64,000 nucleotides of DNA from an uncultured Acidimicrobiia bacterium (GTDB lineage: Bacteria; Actinomycetota; Acidimicrobiia; Spongiisociales; JAOTWH01). A model generated the notes under the pieces. That model saw nothing but the letters and a program-made list of their open reading frames with translations. It was not told the origin of the DNA and searched no databases. The stretch is from assembly GCA_964195995.1 (NCBI GenBank), contig CAXMQS010000030.1, positions 33,861 to 97,860 of the forward strand, in the 5' to 3' direction. Positions 42,627-53,064 of this stretch are shown here, in pieces. Both the position numbers and the translations under genes were made by a program. Numbering within the stretch: the stretch's first letter is position 1; the number at the start of each line of letters is the position of its first letter.

Positions 42627-43361
42627 CTATCGGGTGGGCGGTTCGGCACCCTTCTGAGGCCAGTACAACGGAGAAAGCTCGGCGACGCTCTTGACTGCCC
42701 GGTGGGAGGCGAGCAGTTCGGACATCATGCTGACGTCGCCCGTTTGGCAGCTCACGACGAGGACTCCCTCGCCGTCGCCGGCCCGCTTGAAGTCGAGCTG
42801 GTCTGCCTCAGGGTCGATGTGCCGTATGAACTTGAGCAATGCCTCGAGCTGGGTCACATCAGCGACATAGACTTCGAGGCGGCTCAGGACCTTGGCTTTG
42901 CGACGTGCGATGGCGCCATCGATCACGCGCAGGCCGTACAGCGTGGCAATTGTCACCGCCGTGCCGATGCCGGCCAGCCAGTAGCTCCCGGACCCGGCAG
43001 CAATGCCGATCGACGCAACGACCCACAGCCCGGCAGCTGTAGTAAGGCCACTCACGATCGCGCCTTCGCGGAAGATGGCCCCTGCCCCCAGGAAGCCGAC
43101 GCCGGTCACGATCTGGGCTGCAATGCGGGATTGATCCGGGCCTTCGAAACCGATGATCGACGCCACCGAGAAGATGGCAGCCCCAACGCCGACGAGGGTG
43201 TGGGTGCGCAGGCCTGCTGCCTTCTGAGCGGTTTCACGCTCATAGCCGATCAGGCCGCTGCAGACTGCCGCGAGAAGTAAGCGCCCCAGGATCGCTGCCG
43301 GAGCCACTGCTAGTCCTTCCTCCTTGTCAACTGGCTCTCCAACCGTATCGCACGCCAGCAT
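42627..43361 (-). CDS. MgtC/SapB family membrane protein
   Basis: GYERE, AGLRTH, RIAAQIVTGVGFLGAG, GLTTAA; start uncertain. Confidence 0.9.
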   Translation of the reverse strand: MLACDTVGEPVDKEEGLAVAPAAILGRLLLAAVCSGLIGYERETAQKAAGLRTHTLVGVGAAIFSVASIIGFEGPDQSRIAAQIVTGVGFLGAGAIFREGAIVSGLTTAAGLWVVASIGIAAGSGSYWLAGIGTAVTIATLYGLRVIDGAIARRKAKVLSRLEVYVADVTQLEALLKFIRHIDPEADQLDFKRAGDGEGVLVVSCQTGDVSMMSELLASHRAVKSVAELSPLYWPQKGAEPPTR

Positions 43362-43394
43362 GCTCGGGAGCCGAAACTCCGATTCGCTGAGCGG

Positions 43395-44507
43395 CTACTC
43401 GGCGGCGCCGATCTCATCGACGAGTACCCGAGCCGCCCACCCGATGGGGTCCTCGAGTTCGGAGTACGAGGGGAGGTTCTCGGGATCAAGCCACAGCTTG
43501 GCCAGGGCCTCATCGCCCCAGCGTTCCGTGACGTCATTGCAGAAGCTGGAGCCGTTTTGGTAGTCGAGGCGGTTGACCGACAAGCCGGCAAGTTGCTGTA
43601 GAACCTGCTCGCCCTGGTTCGGCTCCGCTCGGCGACGGTTGATCGACTCTCGGATGCGGGGCGCCTCTGGCAGCATGCTGCCGGCGATGCGCTCTGTCAG
43701 GAAGTCGGCATGGCCCTCGGTGAAACCGATGAAGGCCCGGATCGGCTCGAGGTCGGCCGGTCGCTCTGGCCCCGACAGCAGCGAAGCCAAGCCGCCCGGA
43801 TTCTCCATCATTTGCGCCAGCCCTTCGGGACTGTCGAGCCCCTCCATCCGCGACGTCAGCTGAGACGGGTCGAACTCGAACCCCTCGAAGTAGACGTTGA
43901 TGAGCCGCGTGAAGTGATCCCGTGCCCAGGGCACCGCGAGCTGCGCGTGGTAGATCACTTCATGGATGGCCGCCCACAGCCGGGCTTGGCGGGGGTCGAT
44001 GTCGTAGTCGACGGCGAACGCCTCGATGTTGGGTATGACAAGGGAGGGCCCGCCATCGAGTGGTGGCAGGCCGACGTCGAACTGCCCGAGAACGCGATGG
44101 GCCATGAGCCCCACCATCGACCCCATCTGCATGCCAAGGAGCACGGGGGCGAGCGGCGACAGCATGGCTCCGATGTTTAGAGCCGGCTGATCGATGTCGC
44201 TCCCTCCAGACATCTTCTGGGCGAGGGGCTCGGCCAGATAGGCGAACGACCGGAAGTTGGCATCGGCCCAGCCGCGTCGGTCCGTCAGCGCTATCGGGTC
44301 TCCCGTTGGCGCAAGCGAGGTCTCGGAGTTGGCGACGTGGAGCTCGGCCGCGTGAATGAGCTCCTGGTACTCCTCGATCAGGTCCGGCTCGATGGGTTCG
44401 GCGGCGCCGACCAGGCTCTGACCGACCTGGGTACCAAGCTTCCAGTTGATGGGACCGGGCGATTGCAGCAGCTCGAGGAGCTGCTCGAAGATGTTGTCTT
44501 CGCTCAA
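43395..44507 (-). CDS. Zincin-like metalloprotease (DUF2342/Zincin_2 type)
   Basis: GPINWKL, LGQFD, HEVIYH, EGHAD, LPSYSEL. Confidence 0.85.
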   Translation of the reverse strand: MSEDNIFEQLLELLQSPGPINWKLGTQVGQSLVGAAEPIEPDLIEEYQELIHAAELHVANSETSLAPTGDPIALTDRRGWADANFRSFAYLAEPLAQKMSGGSDIDQPALNIGAMLSPLAPVLLGMQMGSMVGLMAHRVLGQFDVGLPPLDGGPSLVIPNIEAFAVDYDIDPRQARLWAAIHEVIYHAQLAVPWARDHFTRLINVYFEGFEFDPSQLTSRMEGLDSPEGLAQMMENPGGLASLLSGPERPADLEPIRAFIGFTEGHADFLTERIAGSMLPEAPRIRESINRRRAEPNQGEQVLQQLAGLSVNRLDYQNGSSFCNDVTERWGDEALAKLWLDPENLPSYSELEDPIGWAARVLVDEIGAAE

Positions 44508-46054
44508 GGGCTGTCTGGGCGGGGACCGAGCTCGATCGTCAGGGTGATGGTCTCCCCTGCTCTGACGATGCCGACCTCGAGAGGCTGCCCCACCTTGTAG
44601 CGGCGAAGCCGGCCAACGAGCGAGTCGATGGTCTTCACGTCGTGACCCTCGAGGGAGAAGATGATGTCGCCCTCCCGAATGTCACCGTTGGCGGCTCCGG
44701 AGTCCTCGATGACGTCCTGCACGAAGACGCCGACAGCTACCTCGGCGCCGTCGGACTGGTCCTCGAGAGAAGTGCGACCCTCGATCCCAAGGAAGGAGTG
44801 CTGTACCTCGCCGTTGGCGATGATCTCGTCGGTGATGCGCTGCACCACCTCGATGGGGATGGCGAATCCGATGCCCTCGACGCCGACGTCGGAGACGCCG
44901 ACGGCGCTCGTGACTCCGATCAGAGCTCCAAGGCCGTCGACGAGGGCGCCGCCTGACGATCCGCGAGTGATCGGGGCGTCGGTTTGCAGCATGCCGAGGA
45001 GTCGGTCGGCGATGCCGTCCGGCCCGGTCTGGACCTCACGATCGAAGGCCGAGATGACGCCGACGGTCACCGTCGGTCCGCCCTCCAGCCCAAGGGGGCT
45101 GCCGGCGGCTATGGCGAGGTCGCCTATCGAAAGCCCTTCAGTGCTGCCGATGTCCACGGGGATGAGTCCGGCGGCGGTGATCTTGAGCACGGCGAGGTCG
45201 GTCGTGGCATCTGCGCCGAGCAGCTCTGCTTCATAGAGCCGCCCATCGCTGAAGGTCACCGTGACGACGTCGCTGCCGTTCACCACATGCTCGTTGGTGA
45301 CTATGTAGCCGTCGGCCGACAGCACAACGCCAGATCCACTGCCCGTCCCGTTGAAACCACCTGCTCCGTTGCTCACGCCGACGTCGACTGTGACAACAGA
45401 TGGGATCACCTTGCGGGCCACCGCCACAGGGTCGGCTGATGCGTCGTCGGGTCCGACGAACTCGGTCCGGATCACCTCGCGGACGATCTCGGTCCCAGGG
45501 GCTGCGATAGGGGCCGCGGCCGGCTCGTCGTCACGGAAGAGGAAGAAGCCGCCGACCACCAAGCCCGCCCCGATGACTCCTGCGAGGAAGGGGAGGGCGA
45601 TCGTTGACCACTTACTTGGCTTGCGTGGGGCGGGTTCCGGGGCTGCGACGGGTGTTGGAGTGGTGAAGCGGCTACGCGGGGGCCGTGCCACCAGCCCTTC
45701 GCGGAAGTCGGAACCGTCCTCGGCGCCGCCGCGGAAGACGTCGTCTGGCCTATAGAGCGGGCTCGGCGGAAGCAGGGGGTCGCTGGGGACAGGCGGGATG
45801 AGCGCCCTGGAGTCGGGCAGCGGCCTCTCCGGGGGGTTGAGGGCCGCGGCTTCGTGAGGCTCAGGCGATGCTGCCTCCACGAACGTCTCTTCACGAGGCG
45901 CGGTCACCGGGGAGGATGGCTCCGCAGGCTCGGTCGCCTCGCCGTCGGGGTCGGTTTCAGGCGTCGGTTCCTGTGCGGTCCACGGCACGTTCCACGGCTG
46001 GGGCTGCGTTGGGTCGGGCTCGGAGTCCCTCGGGTCGTCGTCCATGGCGCTCAT
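44504..46054 (-). CDS. htrA: HtrA/DegP-family membrane serine protease with PDZ domain
   Basis: Pro-rich N-terminus, TM, GSGVV, TNEHV, DLAV, QTDAPITRGSSGG, PDZ. Confidence 0.9.
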   Translation of the reverse strand: MSAMDDDPRDSEPDPTQPQPWNVPWTAQEPTPETDPDGEATEPAEPSSPVTAPREETFVEAASPEPHEAAALNPPERPLPDSRALIPPVPSDPLLPPSPLYRPDDVFRGGAEDGSDFREGLVARPPRSRFTTPTPVAAPEPAPRKPSKWSTIALPFLAGVIGAGLVVGGFFLFRDDEPAAAPIAAPGTEIVREVIRTEFVGPDDASADPVAVARKVIPSVVTVDVGVSNGAGGFNGTGSGSGVVLSADGYIVTNEHVVNGSDVVTVTFSDGRLYEAELLGADATTDLAVLKITAAGLIPVDIGSTEGLSIGDLAIAAGSPLGLEGGPTVTVGVISAFDREVQTGPDGIADRLLGMLQTDAPITRGSSGGALVDGLGALIGVTSAVGVSDVGVEGIGFAIPIEVVQRITDEIIANGEVQHSFLGIEGRTSLEDQSDGAEVAVGVFVQDVIEDSGAANGDIREGDIIFSLEGHDVKTIDSLVGRLRRYKVGQPLEVGIVRAGETITLTIELGPRPDSP

Positions 46055-46125
46055 TGTACGGGAACCCTGTTCCTTGCTTGTGTGGTGTGTGTTAACAATC
46101 CGTATGACCTTTGAAGGAGTACCAG

Positions 46126-46713
46126 GTGCAACGCACAACTGAGCCCAACCGTTCCCGCTGTACTTGGGCGGGCAGCGATCCGTTGATGGTCGCCTACCAC
46201 GACAAGGAGTGGGGGCTGCCGGTCCACGATGACCGCACCCACTTCGAGTTCCTTGTCCTCGAGGGCGCCCAGGCCGGCCTGAGCTGGTCGACGATCCTCA
46301 ACAAGCGAGAGGGTTATCGGCGGTCCTTCGCCGACTTCGACGTCGCCAAGGTTGCCCGCTATTCGCCGGCCAAGGTGGAGAAGCTGTTGACCGACCCGTC
46401 GATCGTTCGCAATAGAGCGAAAGTCACGGCGACGGTGTCGAACGCCAAGGCCTTCCTCGATCTCCAGAAGGATGAGGGATCGTTCGATGCCTACCTGTGG
46501 GACCTCGCCGGCGGCAAGCCGGTCGTCCGTCGTCGGCGTTCGATGTCAGACATCCCGGCGACCAGCCCTCTGTCCCGAAAGCTGTCGACCGACCTCAAGG
46601 ACCGTGGCTTCCGCTTCGTCGGCCCGACCGTGATGTACGCCCACCTTCAAGCCGTCGGTGTCGTCAACGACCACGTGGTGAGTTGCTTTCGGTGGAGCGA
46701 GGTGCAGGGCTAG
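46126..46713 (+). CDS. tag: DNA-3-methyladenine glycosylase I
   Basis: YHDKEWG, LEGAQAGLSW, FRFVGPT, NDHVVSC. Confidence 0.95.
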   Translation: MQRTTEPNRSRCTWAGSDPLMVAYHDKEWGLPVHDDRTHFEFLVLEGAQAGLSWSTILNKREGYRRSFADFDVAKVARYSPAKVEKLLTDPSIVRNRAKVTATVSNAKAFLDLQKDEGSFDAYLWDLAGGKPVVRRRRSMSDIPATSPLSRKLSTDLKDRGFRFVGPTVMYAHLQAVGVVNDHVVSCFRWSEVQG

Positions 46714-46718
46714 AACCT

Positions 46719-46736
46719 TCCCCCTTGGAGGGGGGA
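46719..46736. repeat. REP-like hairpin core
   Basis: TCCCCC-TTGGAG-GGGGGA between convergent tag and HEAT genes. Confidence 0.5.
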
Positions 46737-46739
46737 CTT

Positions 46740-47360
46740 TCAATCGCCTGAAGGCTGTTTTGTGGGCCACAGCAGGTCGTCGGCGCCGCCTCCTGCCACC
46801 ATCTCGGCGACCTCTTTGACCATGGGGTTGCGATCTTCGAGCGCGGCCTGGATGGCGGCGAGGGCGTCTGCGGACTCGAAGGCGCTGAGGGCGACGACGG
46901 CCCTTCGTCGAACCTTGGGAGGAGCTGCCGAGCTGAGCTCGACCAACAGTGGCAGGCTGGTGTCGTCGCCGATTGCTCCGAGTGCAGCGACTGCCGCCTC
47001 GCGCGCTCCGTCGTCGCTGTCGTCGGTGGCGGTCCCCATCAGCCACGGCAGAGCGCTAGCGTCGCCGATCTCTCCGAGTGCAAATGCAACAGCTTCGCGT
47101 ACCTCGGTGGCGTCGTCGTCGCCCGCTGCCAAGAGGGGAGCGGGATCGCTCGACGCGGCCAGGGCCTCCGCTGCCGCCGCCCGAACGCTGACCTCGGGAT
47201 CGGACCCGAGCAACGAGGCGAGCGCGACTGCCACCGACTTCTCGTTGCTGCGCTCGCCGAGGATCGAAGTTGCCATGCGCCGCATCTTCACCCGCTCGTC
47301 CTCCAGGAAGCCAAGCGGGTCACCGATGAGTGCCTTGAGGTCGTCGTTGAGAGAGTCCAC
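46740..47360 (-). CDS. HEAT/PBS-lyase repeat protein
   Basis: Repeats VRAAAAEAL, VREAVAFALGEIG, AREAAVAALGAIG. Confidence 0.85.
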   Translation of the reverse strand: MDSLNDDLKALIGDPLGFLEDERVKMRRMATSILGERSNEKSVAVALASLLGSDPEVSVRAAAAEALAASSDPAPLLAAGDDDATEVREAVAFALGEIGDASALPWLMGTATDDSDDGAREAAVAALGAIGDDTSLPLLVELSSAAPPKVRRRAVVALSAFESADALAAIQAALEDRNPMVKEVAEMVAGGGADDLLWPTKQPSGD

Positions 47361-47426
47361 TCCGCCACGCTAGGTCGTGAAGCGCGGACAACAGGCCGCT
47401 GTTAGCTTCAAACGTGGAGGAACAGC

Positions 47427-48212
47427 TTGCTCGACATCCGGAACCTCGAAGTTGTGTACAACGATGTCATCCTCGTGTTACGCGGCGTTTCGTTCTCGGT
47501 ACCCGAGGGCAAGATCATCGCCTTGCTTGGCGCCAACGGTGCCGGCAAGACCACTGTGCTCAGGGCTATCTCAGGTCTGCTAGACGTCCACAACGGCGAC
47601 GTCACCAAGGGGGAGGTACTTCTCGAGGACGAGAGAATCGACGGTGTCAACGCATCCAGCATCGTCAAACGTGGCGTCGTCCAGGTCCTCGAGGGGAGGC
47701 GCATCTTCGCTGAGTTCACCGTCGATGAGAACCTGCGGGTTGGAGCTCACACGGCGCGGGCCGACACAGACAGCAACCTCGACCGGGTCTACTCACTCTT
47801 CCCCGTTCTCCAGAATCGGCGCAAGTCGGTGGCCGGATACCTCTCGGGCGGTGAGCAGCAGATGTTGGCCATTGGTAGAGGCCTCATGTCGAATCCGCGG
47901 TACCTGTTGCTCGATGAGCCCAGCCTCGGCCTTGCTCCGATCCTCGTGCAGCAGATTCGCGATCTGATTGTCGAGATCAACAGCCAGGGGACCGCGGTCT
48001 TGCTTGTGGAGCAGAACGCCACGATGGCGCTATCCATCGCTAGCCACGGCTACGTCATGGAGACGGGAAAGATCGTCATGGACAAGCCTGCCGCCGATCT
48101 GATGGCAGACGAGGACATCCAGGAGTTCTATCTGGGGCTACATGCCGGAGGCGCCAGACACTCGTATCGCGAGGTCAAGCACTACAAGCGCAAGAAGCGG
48201 TGGCTGTCGTGA
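47427..48212 (+). CDS. ABC ATP-binding protein (LivF-like)
   Basis: GANGAGKT, LSGGEQQ, LLDEPS. Confidence 0.93.
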   Translation: MLDIRNLEVVYNDVILVLRGVSFSVPEGKIIALLGANGAGKTTVLRAISGLLDVHNGDVTKGEVLLEDERIDGVNASSIVKRGVVQVLEGRRIFAEFTVDENLRVGAHTARADTDSNLDRVYSLFPVLQNRRKSVAGYLSGGEQQMLAIGRGLMSNPRYLLLDEPSLGLAPILVQQIRDLIVEINSQGTAVLLVEQNATMALSIASHGYVMETGKIVMDKPAADLMADEDIQEFYLGLHAGGARHSYREVKHYKRKKRWLS

Positions 48213-48244
48213 GGACTTTGGACTTTGGACTTTGGGCTTTGGGC
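48213..48244. repeat. Heptamer repeat (GGACTTT)x3 plus GGGCTTT
   Basis: Read directly; lies between the two ATPase genes. Confidence 0.8.
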
Positions 48245-48257
48245 CGGGGGTGTGGTT

Positions 48258-49082
48258 ATGGGTGACGTGCTGCTCGACTTCAGGGATGTCCATCTGTCCT
48301 TCGCTGGGGTCAAGGCGCTCGACGGCGTGTCCTTCCACGTCGACGACGGCGAGCTCTTTGCCATCATCGGGCCCAACGGTGCCGGCAAGACCTCCATCTT
48401 CAACTGCCTCAACGGCGTCTATCGGCCCCAGCAGGGGTCGGTTCTCTTCGACAGCGTTGAACTGGTCGGGCGCAAGCCGCATCGCATCGCAGCCCTCGGG
48501 GTAGCCCGCACCTTTCAGAACATCGAGCTGTTCGAGCACCTGACGGTTCTTGACAACATCCTGCTGGGCCGCCACCTCCACATGAGCTACGGCTCCCTGG
48601 CGGCCGCGGTTCACCTCGGGCGAGCCCGTCGCCAGGAGACGGAACACCGCAACCGGGCCGAGGAGATCATCGACTTTCTAGAGATCGAGCAGTTCCGCCG
48701 CTCACCCGTGTCCCTACTGCCGTATGGCTATCAGAAGCGAGTCGAGTTGGGGAGGGCGTTGGCGATGGAGCCCCGTCTTCTGCTGCTGGATGAGCCCGCG
48801 GCCGGCATGAACCTCGAGGAGACCGAGGACATGGCTCGGTTCATCCTCGACATCAAAGATGAGCTCGGCATCGCGATGGTCCTCGTGGAGCACGACATGG
48901 GGTTGGTGATGGACATCGCTGATCGGGTCATGGTGCTCGACTTCGGCCGCAAGATCGGCGAAGGGTCGCCGGCTGCCGTGCAGAGTGATCCCGAGGTGAT
49001 CCGGGCCTACCTCGGCGAAGACTTCCAGGCAGACGACTTACTCCAGGCCGAGGCCGAAGCGACAGGAGGAGAAACACTATGA
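48258..49082 (+). CDS. ABC ATP-binding protein (LivG-like)
   Basis: GPNGAGKT, RTFQN, LPYGYQK, DEPAAG. Confidence 0.93.
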   Translation: MGDVLLDFRDVHLSFAGVKALDGVSFHVDDGELFAIIGPNGAGKTSIFNCLNGVYRPQQGSVLFDSVELVGRKPHRIAALGVARTFQNIELFEHLTVLDNILLGRHLHMSYGSLAAAVHLGRARRQETEHRNRAEEIIDFLEIEQFRRSPVSLLPYGYQKRVELGRALAMEPRLLLLDEPAAGMNLEETEDMARFILDIKDELGIAMVLVEHDMGLVMDIADRVMVLDFGRKIGEGSPAAVQSDPEVIRAYLGEDFQADDLLQAEAEATGGETL

Positions 49083-50923
49083 CGACCACCGCAGCGCGTC
49101 CCCAGGCCTCGGATCTTTCGCAATCCAGTACGCCGGCGCTGCTGCGGGCCGTTGCCACGGCGTCGCCCTCGAAGGTGGCCCTGCGCGAGAAGACCCTTGG
49201 TATCTGGGAGGAGCTGACCTACCTCGAGTACTGGGGCCACGTGAAGACCGCGGCCATGGGGCTGTGGGCCCTCGGCGTTCTCCCGGGCGACAAGGTCGCC
49301 ATCCAGTCGGAGAACCGAATCGCCTGGGTTGTCGCCGACCTGGCGGCGCAGTCGCTGCAGGGGGTCTCGGTCGGCCTCTACTCGACCAACCCGTCGGCCG
49401 AGGTCGAGTACCTGCTGGCACACTCGGAGTCGAAGGTTCTCATCGCCGAGGACCAGGAACAGGTCGACAAGGCGTTGGCCGTCAAGGAGCGGCTCCCCAA
49501 CCTGACCAAGATCGTCTACGTGGAGCCGCGGGGCGTCGTTACCTATGACGATCCGCTGCTCATGTCGTGGCGCGACCTCCTTGAGCTGGGCCGCGAGCAC
49601 ATGGCAGACAACCCCGGCCTGGTCGACGAGTTGGTCGATGGCATCGAGCCCGACGATCTCGCCACGTTGGTGTACACGTCGGGAACCACAGGGCCGCCCA
49701 AAGGGGTGATGCTGTCGCATCGCAACCTGGTGTGGACGGCCGACCGGTCCGCGGAGGTGATCACGGGTGAGATCTTCGACAAGAATCCTCAGTTCCTCTC
49801 CTATCTGCCGCTGTCCCACGTCTTCGGCCGCCTCTACGACCTGCTGGCGGCGACTCGTCTGGAGGCGACGGTCAACTTCGCCGAGTCGATCGACACCCTC
49901 GTCGCCGACCTCGTCGAAGTGCAGCCCACCTATTTCCCTGCTCCGCCCCGCATCCTCGAGAAGATGCATGCCTCGGTGATGATCCGCATGGCAGATGCTT
50001 CGTTCCTGAAGAAGCTCCTGTTCAAGACCTTCTTGGCAGTCGGCTACTGGAATGCCGACCGGGTCCTCGCCAGGGGCAAGCGAGGTCTCTTTGGCGGCGC
50101 CCTCTATGGACTCGGATGGCTAGCGGTCTATCGCCCGCTGAAGCAGAGGCTCGGCCTGCGCAACTGCAAGTCGCTGGTGTCGGGCTCGGCGCCGATCGCT
50201 CCTGCTGTTCTGAAGTTCTTCATGGCCCTCGGCGTCCCGATCTACGAGGCGTGGGGTATGACGGAGACCACCGCCTACGGCACGATCAACGAACGTGGCA
50301 ACATCAAGCTCGGCACGATCGGCTGCGCCAATGATCTCGCGGAGATCGAACTCGCAGCAGACGGCGAGATCCTGGTTCGCCACCCCGCCATCTTCATGGG
50401 CTATTTCAAGGATCCAGAGGCCACGGCTGAGGCCATCGATGCCGAAGGATGGCTACACACTGGGGACATCGCCGAGAGGGACGGCGAGCACTTTCGCATC
50501 ATCGACCGCAAGAAGGACATCATCATCACCGCAGGCGGCAAGAACATCTCGCCGTCCGAGATCGAGAACAAGCTCAAGGTTTCTCCTTACATCAAGGAGG
50601 CCATCGTCATCGGCGACCGTCGCAAGTACCTCTCGGCCCTCGTCGGCATCGAGCTGGACACGGTGGCCAATTGGGCGCTGCGCCGCGACCTGACCTTCAC
50701 CACATATCGCGATCTCTCGGAGAAGCCGGAAGTGATCAGCCTCATCCGCAAGGAGGTCGATCGGGTGAACGACGAGTTCTCCAGGGTCGAGCAGATAAAG
50801 AAGTTCGTACTGCTGCCCAAGGAGTTGGATCACGAGGAAGGTGAGCTCACCGCCACCCAGAAGGTCAAGCGCCGGGTGATCGAGGAACTGTTCGCCGACC
50901 ACATCGAGGGCATGTACGCATGA
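49079..50923 (+). CDS. Long-chain acyl-CoA synthetase (AMP-binding)
   Basis: YTSGTTGPPKG, WGMTE, GWLHTGD, DRKKD, GGKNISP. Confidence 0.92.
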   Translation: MTTTAARPQASDLSQSSTPALLRAVATASPSKVALREKTLGIWEELTYLEYWGHVKTAAMGLWALGVLPGDKVAIQSENRIAWVVADLAAQSLQGVSVGLYSTNPSAEVEYLLAHSESKVLIAEDQEQVDKALAVKERLPNLTKIVYVEPRGVVTYDDPLLMSWRDLLELGREHMADNPGLVDELVDGIEPDDLATLVYTSGTTGPPKGVMLSHRNLVWTADRSAEVITGEIFDKNPQFLSYLPLSHVFGRLYDLLAATRLEATVNFAESIDTLVADLVEVQPTYFPAPPRILEKMHASVMIRMADASFLKKLLFKTFLAVGYWNADRVLARGKRGLFGGALYGLGWLAVYRPLKQRLGLRNCKSLVSGSAPIAPAVLKFFMALGVPIYEAWGMTETTAYGTINERGNIKLGTIGCANDLAEIELAADGEILVRHPAIFMGYFKDPEATAEAIDAEGWLHTGDIAERDGEHFRIIDRKKDIIITAGGKNISPSEIENKLKVSPYIKEAIVIGDRRKYLSALVGIELDTVANWALRRDLTFTTYRDLSEKPEVISLIRKEVDRVNDEFSRVEQIKKFVLLPKELDHEEGELTATQKVKRRVIEELFADHIEGMYA

Positions 50924-51816
50924 CTCGGTTCCTGCAAGCGACAATCGAGGGCCTGTCGCTTGCGTCCATCTACGCGCTCTTGGCCCTCGGCTTCGTCATC
51001 ATCTACAAGTCGTCTCAGGTGCTGAGCTTCGCGCAGCCGGCCTTTCTGATGGTCGGGGGATACGCCACCTCGTATATCGCGGTGACGATGGGAGTCAACT
51101 TCTGGTTGGCGGTTCCCCTTGGCGTCGCGGTGGCCGCCTTGTTGGCGGCCACCTTCGAGCGGGTAACCGTGCGGCCCATGGTCGGCAAGCCGGTGTTTTC
51201 GGTCGCCATCCTGACCATCGGTCTCGATATCTCTACTCGCGTCGGCATCAACGACCTCATCGGCGTCAACATCCGCTCGGCGGGCGATCCGTGGGGATTC
51301 AAGACCGTCAAATTCTTCGACGCCGTCGTCCAGCACCGCTCGATAGCGACGGTCATCGCCACCATCGTTGTCGTGGTGCTTCTTGCCCTGTTCTTCCGCT
51401 ACTCACGAACGGGCCTGGCGATGCGCGCCACCGCATTCGACCAAGAGACCTCGCTCGCCCAGGGCATCAGCGTCGGTCGCGTGTTCGCCCTCGCCTGGCT
51501 GCTCGGCGGAGCGCTGGCTGGGCTAGCCGGCATGTTCTCCGCTACCGGACTTGGCGGACTCAGTCAGTCCAACTACCTGCTGGCGTTCAAGGCCCTGCCT
51601 GCGGTCGTTGTCGGCGGTCTCGACTCCATCAACGGCGCGGTGGCGGGTGCGCTCATCATCGGACTCGCCGAGGCCTACACCGCCAGCTACCAGGGTGAGT
51701 TCTTGCCTTTCCTCGGGAGCAACTTCAGCCAGGTGGTGCCTTATGTCGTGATGGTGTTGGTGCTGGTCGTGCGTCCTTACGGTCTCTTCGGCACCAAGGA
51801 GGTCGTGCGGGTATGA
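50920..51816 (+). CDS. ABC permease (LivH-like)
   Basis: YALLALG, GLAMRA, VVGGLDS, RPYGLFG. Confidence 0.92.
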   Translation: MTRFLQATIEGLSLASIYALLALGFVIIYKSSQVLSFAQPAFLMVGGYATSYIAVTMGVNFWLAVPLGVAVAALLAATFERVTVRPMVGKPVFSVAILTIGLDISTRVGINDLIGVNIRSAGDPWGFKTVKFFDAVVQHRSIATVIATIVVVVLLALFFRYSRTGLAMRATAFDQETSLAQGISVGRVFALAWLLGGALAGLAGMFSATGLGGLSQSNYLLAFKALPAVVVGGLDSINGAVAGALIIGLAEAYTASYQGEFLPFLGSNFSQVVPYVVMVLVLVVRPYGLFGTKEVVRV

Positions 51817-52916
51817 GAGGTCGCCCCCTCCTGTTCACTTCTTACGAATCGGACGGCGCCATGCTGCGGACTCGAGTTCAGTGGCTGTGGTTGGTGCTGG
51901 GCCTAGCCGTTCTGACCTGGCTGCCGTTCGTTCTAGAGCGCAGCGACCTCATCCTGGTGGCGACGGCCTTTGTGGCGGCGGTAGGAGCCATCGGGCTGAA
52001 TCTGGTTACCGGCTATGCCGGGCAGGTCTCATTGGGTCACGCCTTCTTCCTGGCCGTCGGCGCCTACACGGGTGCCGCCCTCAGTGGCGATCCCGACGCC
52101 TCAGTAATCGGCTTCGGCCTCGACATGGTGTTGTGGCTGCCGGCCGCCGGGATCGTGGCCGCTCTCGTCGGGGCACTAGTGGCGCCCATCGCCGTGCGGC
52201 TGCGCGGCCTCTACCTGGCGCTGGTGACCATCGGTCTTGTCTTCCTGGGCGAGCATGTCTTCCGCAACTGGAAGGAGCTGACCGGTGGTATCGGGGTTGG
52301 CCGCGAGCCCGCCCAGCTCGACCTGTTCGGCTTCCGTTTCGACACCGAAGGTGAGGTGTTCGGGATATCGATGATCCGTGAGCAGAAGATCTACTTCCTC
52401 GGGCTCATCCTTCTGATCGTCATGGGGTTCATGGCGAAGAACATCGCTCGCAGCCGCATCGGTCGGGCGTTCAGCGCCATCCGTGATCGTGACATCGCTG
52501 CCGCGGTGATGGGGGTGGACCTGACCCGCTACAAGGTCGTGGCCTTTGCTGTTTCGTCCTTCTACGCCGGCGTCGCCGGCTCGGTTCTGTTCACCATCAC
52601 TGGTTTCGTCGAGCCGACCAGCTTCAACCTCGTGTTATCTGTGCTCTACATCGCCATGGTGGTCATCGGAGGCATCGCCACTATCTCAGGCGCCATCATG
52701 GGGGCGGCTTTCGTCACCATGCTCCCTCGGTTCATCGAACTGGGCAGCGATTATGTCTGGTTCCTTGGCCCAGGCGGTGGTCTCACCACCGGGCAACTGG
52801 AGCGGATCCTGTTTGGAGCGCTGGTAGTCGTCTTCCTCATAGCCGAGCCCCTGGGCCTCTACGGCATCTGGTTCCGCATCCGCAACTACTGGAAGGCGTG
52901 GCCGTTCAGCTACTGA
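51813..52916 (+). CDS. ABC permease (LivM-like)
   Basis: GYAGQVSLGH, LRGLYLAL, GRAFSAIRD. Confidence 0.92.
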   Translation: MRGRPLLFTSYESDGAMLRTRVQWLWLVLGLAVLTWLPFVLERSDLILVATAFVAAVGAIGLNLVTGYAGQVSLGHAFFLAVGAYTGAALSGDPDASVIGFGLDMVLWLPAAGIVAALVGALVAPIAVRLRGLYLALVTIGLVFLGEHVFRNWKELTGGIGVGREPAQLDLFGFRFDTEGEVFGISMIREQKIYFLGLILLIVMGFMAKNIARSRIGRAFSAIRDRDIAAAVMGVDLTRYKVVAFAVSSFYAGVAGSVLFTITGFVEPTSFNLVLSVLYIAMVVIGGIATISGAIMGAAFVTMLPRFIELGSDYVWFLGPGGGLTTGQLERILFGALVVVFLIAEPLGLYGIWFRIRNYWKAWPFSY

Positions 52917-53064
52917 CGGTAGCTGTTCTTGGATGTGGCCGGCCTTGGTGCGCTAGCTTTCATTGTTGAGAGGCATGCCGGGACCAAAGACCCTATTGGC
53001 CGGGACTATCGCCCCGCACGATGGCCGGAGTTCGCAGACGAGATACAGAGGAGAGAACCAAGGT

